Source: Botryllus schlosseri
Lineage: Eukaryota
Length of the DNA stretch: 64,000 bases
NCBI GenBank assembly: GCA_051294905.1
Contig: CM119383.1
Coordinates: 7,564,001-7,628,000, forward strand
Direction: 5' to 3'
Positions 61,601 to 64,000 of this stretch are shown here, one piece after another (positions within the stretch are counted from its first letter, which is position 1; every line of letters starts with the position of its first letter). Under the pieces are notes generated by a model, which was not told the DNA's origin, made no database searches, and worked only from the letters and a program-made list of their open reading frames with translations. A program made the position numbers and the translations under genes.

Positions 61601-63960
61601 ACGGTGGCTTCGTCAATGAAGACATCGGCACCGGAGATTTTGGTTCCAGTCACAGATACGATGTAATCGGTACCCATCGTCAACCCCGAAAATGAATAGT
61701 CTCTCACATCGGAATCTACCACAACGGAACGCACCACCGTGCCATTCGATGAAATCACGATCGTGTAATTCTGAATACAACATTTACGCTGAATTATAGG
61801 TCTTCTCAATGACGGGGTGGACGAAGTGCGCGATATGTGTAATTGCTCGTGAATCGGTCATCATTTCCCAATGCGTATAGTCTCGAGCTTGGGCAATGTG
61901 CCAGAGACTACCAAAGCCGTCCTCGACCGGGATTATCAACACAATACAATACCTTGCTCACTGCTTAAGTAACCGTAAATTATCGCACCATTAAATATCT
62001 TTGCATAGCGTGCCCGTCTACGCGAAAAACTTACATCGACAAGAGTAGAGTTCATGCCGACACCGATGGGAATCGGATAAAACGTCACATTCACGGTATC
62101 TTTCGTAGCCACCGTTTCCACGACAAACTGGATGTTATCTGCGAAAAAAGGAATATTGCAGAGATTGCAGATAGTTTAGAAACAGCAAAACGGAGTTATT
62201 TGCTATGTTAAGTTACGGTAAAACAAAGATCTGTGTAACTCGGACTTCGATGAGTACAATCATCCCAATAGTCTTTAATTCATTCATGAAATTACATTTT
62301 CATATCAACAAATTGACAATGACCTTCTTCGCAACTGGCGTTCCTGATCTGCTCGACCGCGGTTCGTGAAAACCAAAAGCCTTTGCTGGCCACCGGGTTC
62401 CCGACATCGGAGAACGCTTGCAGCTGACCGACGTCTGCATCCTGGCCAACGGCGACTGCGATCATGAGGTCAAATTTCGTCCGAGCGGTGTCGATCACCG
62501 ATTGGTCGGCGGGCTCCCGTCCCATTCCGTCGCTCATCAAGACGAATATTTTAAACGCCGTCTCGTTGCTTACCATCGCGTTAACATATTCAAGTCCGGT
62601 GTACGGTCTACTCCGCTCTTGGATTGTCGTGATGTTTTCGACGGCTGCACGTATTTCATCCGCAGAATTTTGTATAACTGCGTTGGACAGTTCAGTACGC
62701 GCATCGGTAGAGTATTGGAACACGTCGATCCGTGGTCTATTTTTGAGGGTAGACGGATTCAAAGCATCCACGATTTCCAGAATGTTGTCTTTCATTTCCG
62801 AGAATTGACTTTCGGTAACCGAGTCACTTCCGTCGATGAGAAACACGAGGTTGATCGGAATTTCGGTGCATTCCCGATCTTCAAGAATTAATGAAACAAC
62901 GACTTGAACAGATGTCGTGAAGAATTTTGTCAAATTCGTAAATAAATTATTAAAATCAACATATGCAATCGTTAGCTAGACCCTTCAAGCATTTTGCTAG
63001 ACTAAACAGTATGTCTTGATATTTTTTCTCACATGGCCCCCTGACATTTTGCGGTGGTTACGTGGTCCTCCATAACCTTGCAATCTGGGTAGTTGAGGCC
63101 AAAGAATGAAAGTTAATCACATATTGTCATCTCTGGTCTATAATTTATACCTAAAACTACCTGATGGCGAAAAAATTCAAAAAAAGGACATCTGTTATGC
63201 AGGACCATGTAGTTTTATAGATGTAGATTGGATATTTCCTTTTCATGGACCCATAATATATCCATAGACCCCGGTTAATAAACCCCAGACTGGACTGAAT
63301 TATGTTCAGTGGCCGGATTACAACCTTGAATAAAAAATCGAGTCAGTTATGAGTTTTGCCTATCCTATAAAATCTTTAGAGCGGTTGAAACATATTGAGG
63401 AGGCGCTATTGTGATATCTTGCGCTATATTTTAAATGAAATATCATTATCGTAGAGTACAGTCTAATCAGGACTTACAGTCTGTGACACATTCCGCCGTA
63501 ATCGGGTTCGGACGCAAAACAGCCGTGGAACCGCTTGACAAAAGCGCGGTGATCGCGAAAGAGTATCTCGTGGAATGAAGTAAGCCGTAGAAAGACGCCG
63601 TCAAGTCGTCGGCCGATTTCATAAACGTGGCCTGTACCACTCCGTTCAGTGACATATCGACGCGGAAACCCTTGTAAAAGAAGCATGGTTTAATATTTAG
63701 CCTATATTGGTACTGTGAATTTCAGGATGCCTGTGATTTTGATCATAATAGAAAATGCGTGAACATCCCCGTATCTGAAGACGTCAGCATTCCCTAATTA
63801 ATAATTTGAACAAGGATGCTAATACCGATACGTGCATGTTATTTACACTCTTACTGGATACTCACAGTAATATCAGCATAGTTTGCAGGGTCGATGCCGT
63901 AGCCAACAGTCAACGAAGAATCGTTACCAGATAGGCAGGCTGCGTTCAGCAAGACCAAAT
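55487..63960 (-). CDS. Gene B (5' end beyond window): type I membrane protein FN3-vWA-FN3x4-TM
   Basis: Phase-consistent exons: 63866-63960, 63478-63670, 62324-62878, 62035-62138, 61584-61770, 61199-61299, 60594-60780, 57832-57932, 56871-57054, 56478-56581, 56328-56416, 55729-55835, 55487-55607 (about 709 codons, no stops). Confidence 0.8.
55729..56581 (-). CDS. Gene B FN3-5 and stalk (exons 56478-56581, 56328-56416, 55729-55835)
   Basis: PSSPNIVVSS...NNYVIIY...TSYTIPDRDATSSYSITVYG...TTPQPTT; phases 1-0-2-1 are consistent. Confidence 0.75.
56871..57932 (-). CDS. Gene B FN3-4 (exons 57832-57932 and 56871-57054)
   Basis: GYTVSRG...AAFGNLSQCMDYNITV; donors GTGAGT and GTAAGT. Confidence 0.85.
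58611..60355. mobile_element. hAT-type MITE, TIR CAGGGGTGGGCAAACT (host of the nested element)
   Basis: 16-bp TIR; perfect TSD CTCTATGC. Confidence 0.9.
58876..60142. mobile_element. hAT-type MITE, family CAGAGGTGGTCA, nested
   Basis: Same TIR and internal sequence as 9813-11073; TSD TTTACAAT/TTGACAAT (7 of 8). Confidence 0.9.
60594..61299 (-). CDS. Gene B FN3-3 (exons 61199-61299 and 60594-60780)
   Basis: GYTLVITP...AIFSGLSPYTEYLVTV; donors GTGAGT and GTAAGC. Confidence 0.85.
61584..62138 (-). CDS. Gene B FN3-2 (exons 62035-62138 and 61584-61770)
   Basis: NYTIVISSNG...DYSFSGLTMGTDYIVSVTG; both donors GTAAG. Confidence 0.85.
62324..62878 (-). CDS. Gene B vWA domain exon
   Basis: CTEIPINLVFLIDGSDSV (MIDAS DxSxS), IDVFQYS, FVLMSDG, IAVAVG; single 555-nt phase 1-1 exon. 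Confidence 0.92.
63478..63960 (-). CDS. Gene B FN3-1 (exons 63866-63960 and 63478-63670)
   Basis: ...GFRVDMSLNG...ASFYGLLHSTRYSFAITAL (GL..T.Y); donors GTGAGT and GTAAGT. Confidence 0.8.
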
Positions 63961-64000
63961 CTGAAAAGGATGGTCGTTTAACACGACACAGAAAATACGG

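Noticed and set aside
62418-62891. Plus-strand ORFs (157 aa and 114 aa) over the vWA exon
   Set aside because: Antisense shadows of a GC-richer coding exon; no motifs.

Overview
AT-rich animal genomic DNA with GT-AG introns. A marine invertebrate such as a tunicate is my guess; the sequence alone does not prove it. Contents: (1) Gene A, minus strand, 29777 to <186, about 29 hand-assembled exons and about 1310 codons: signal peptide, CUB, 14 EGF (mostly Ca-binding), CUB, 2 EGF, 2 FN3, then an unassigned region running off the left edge. Its EGF array shows exon+intron tandem duplications and two dead exons. (2) Gene B, minus strand, entering from the right edge: FN3, vWA, 4 FN3, transmembrane helix, with an uncertain cytoplasmic tail. 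(3) A very young, compact (4038 bp) Ty3/Gypsy LTR retrotransposon at 48870-52907 with identical 158-bp LTRs and a 5-bp TSD. It has no tRNA primer-binding site. Instead a perfect 16-nt segment just after the 5' LTR is complementary to the predicted transcript start, pointing to Tf1-like self-priming in an element whose Gag looks Mag-like. Its integrase region has three frame breaks. (4) Twelve hAT-type MITE insertions with 8-bp TSDs (one nested), foldback elements and a telomere-like G-rich tract. No tRNA, rRNA or CRISPR could be supported. Exon boundaries were derived by eye from splice consensus and phase continuity, not from transcript data.
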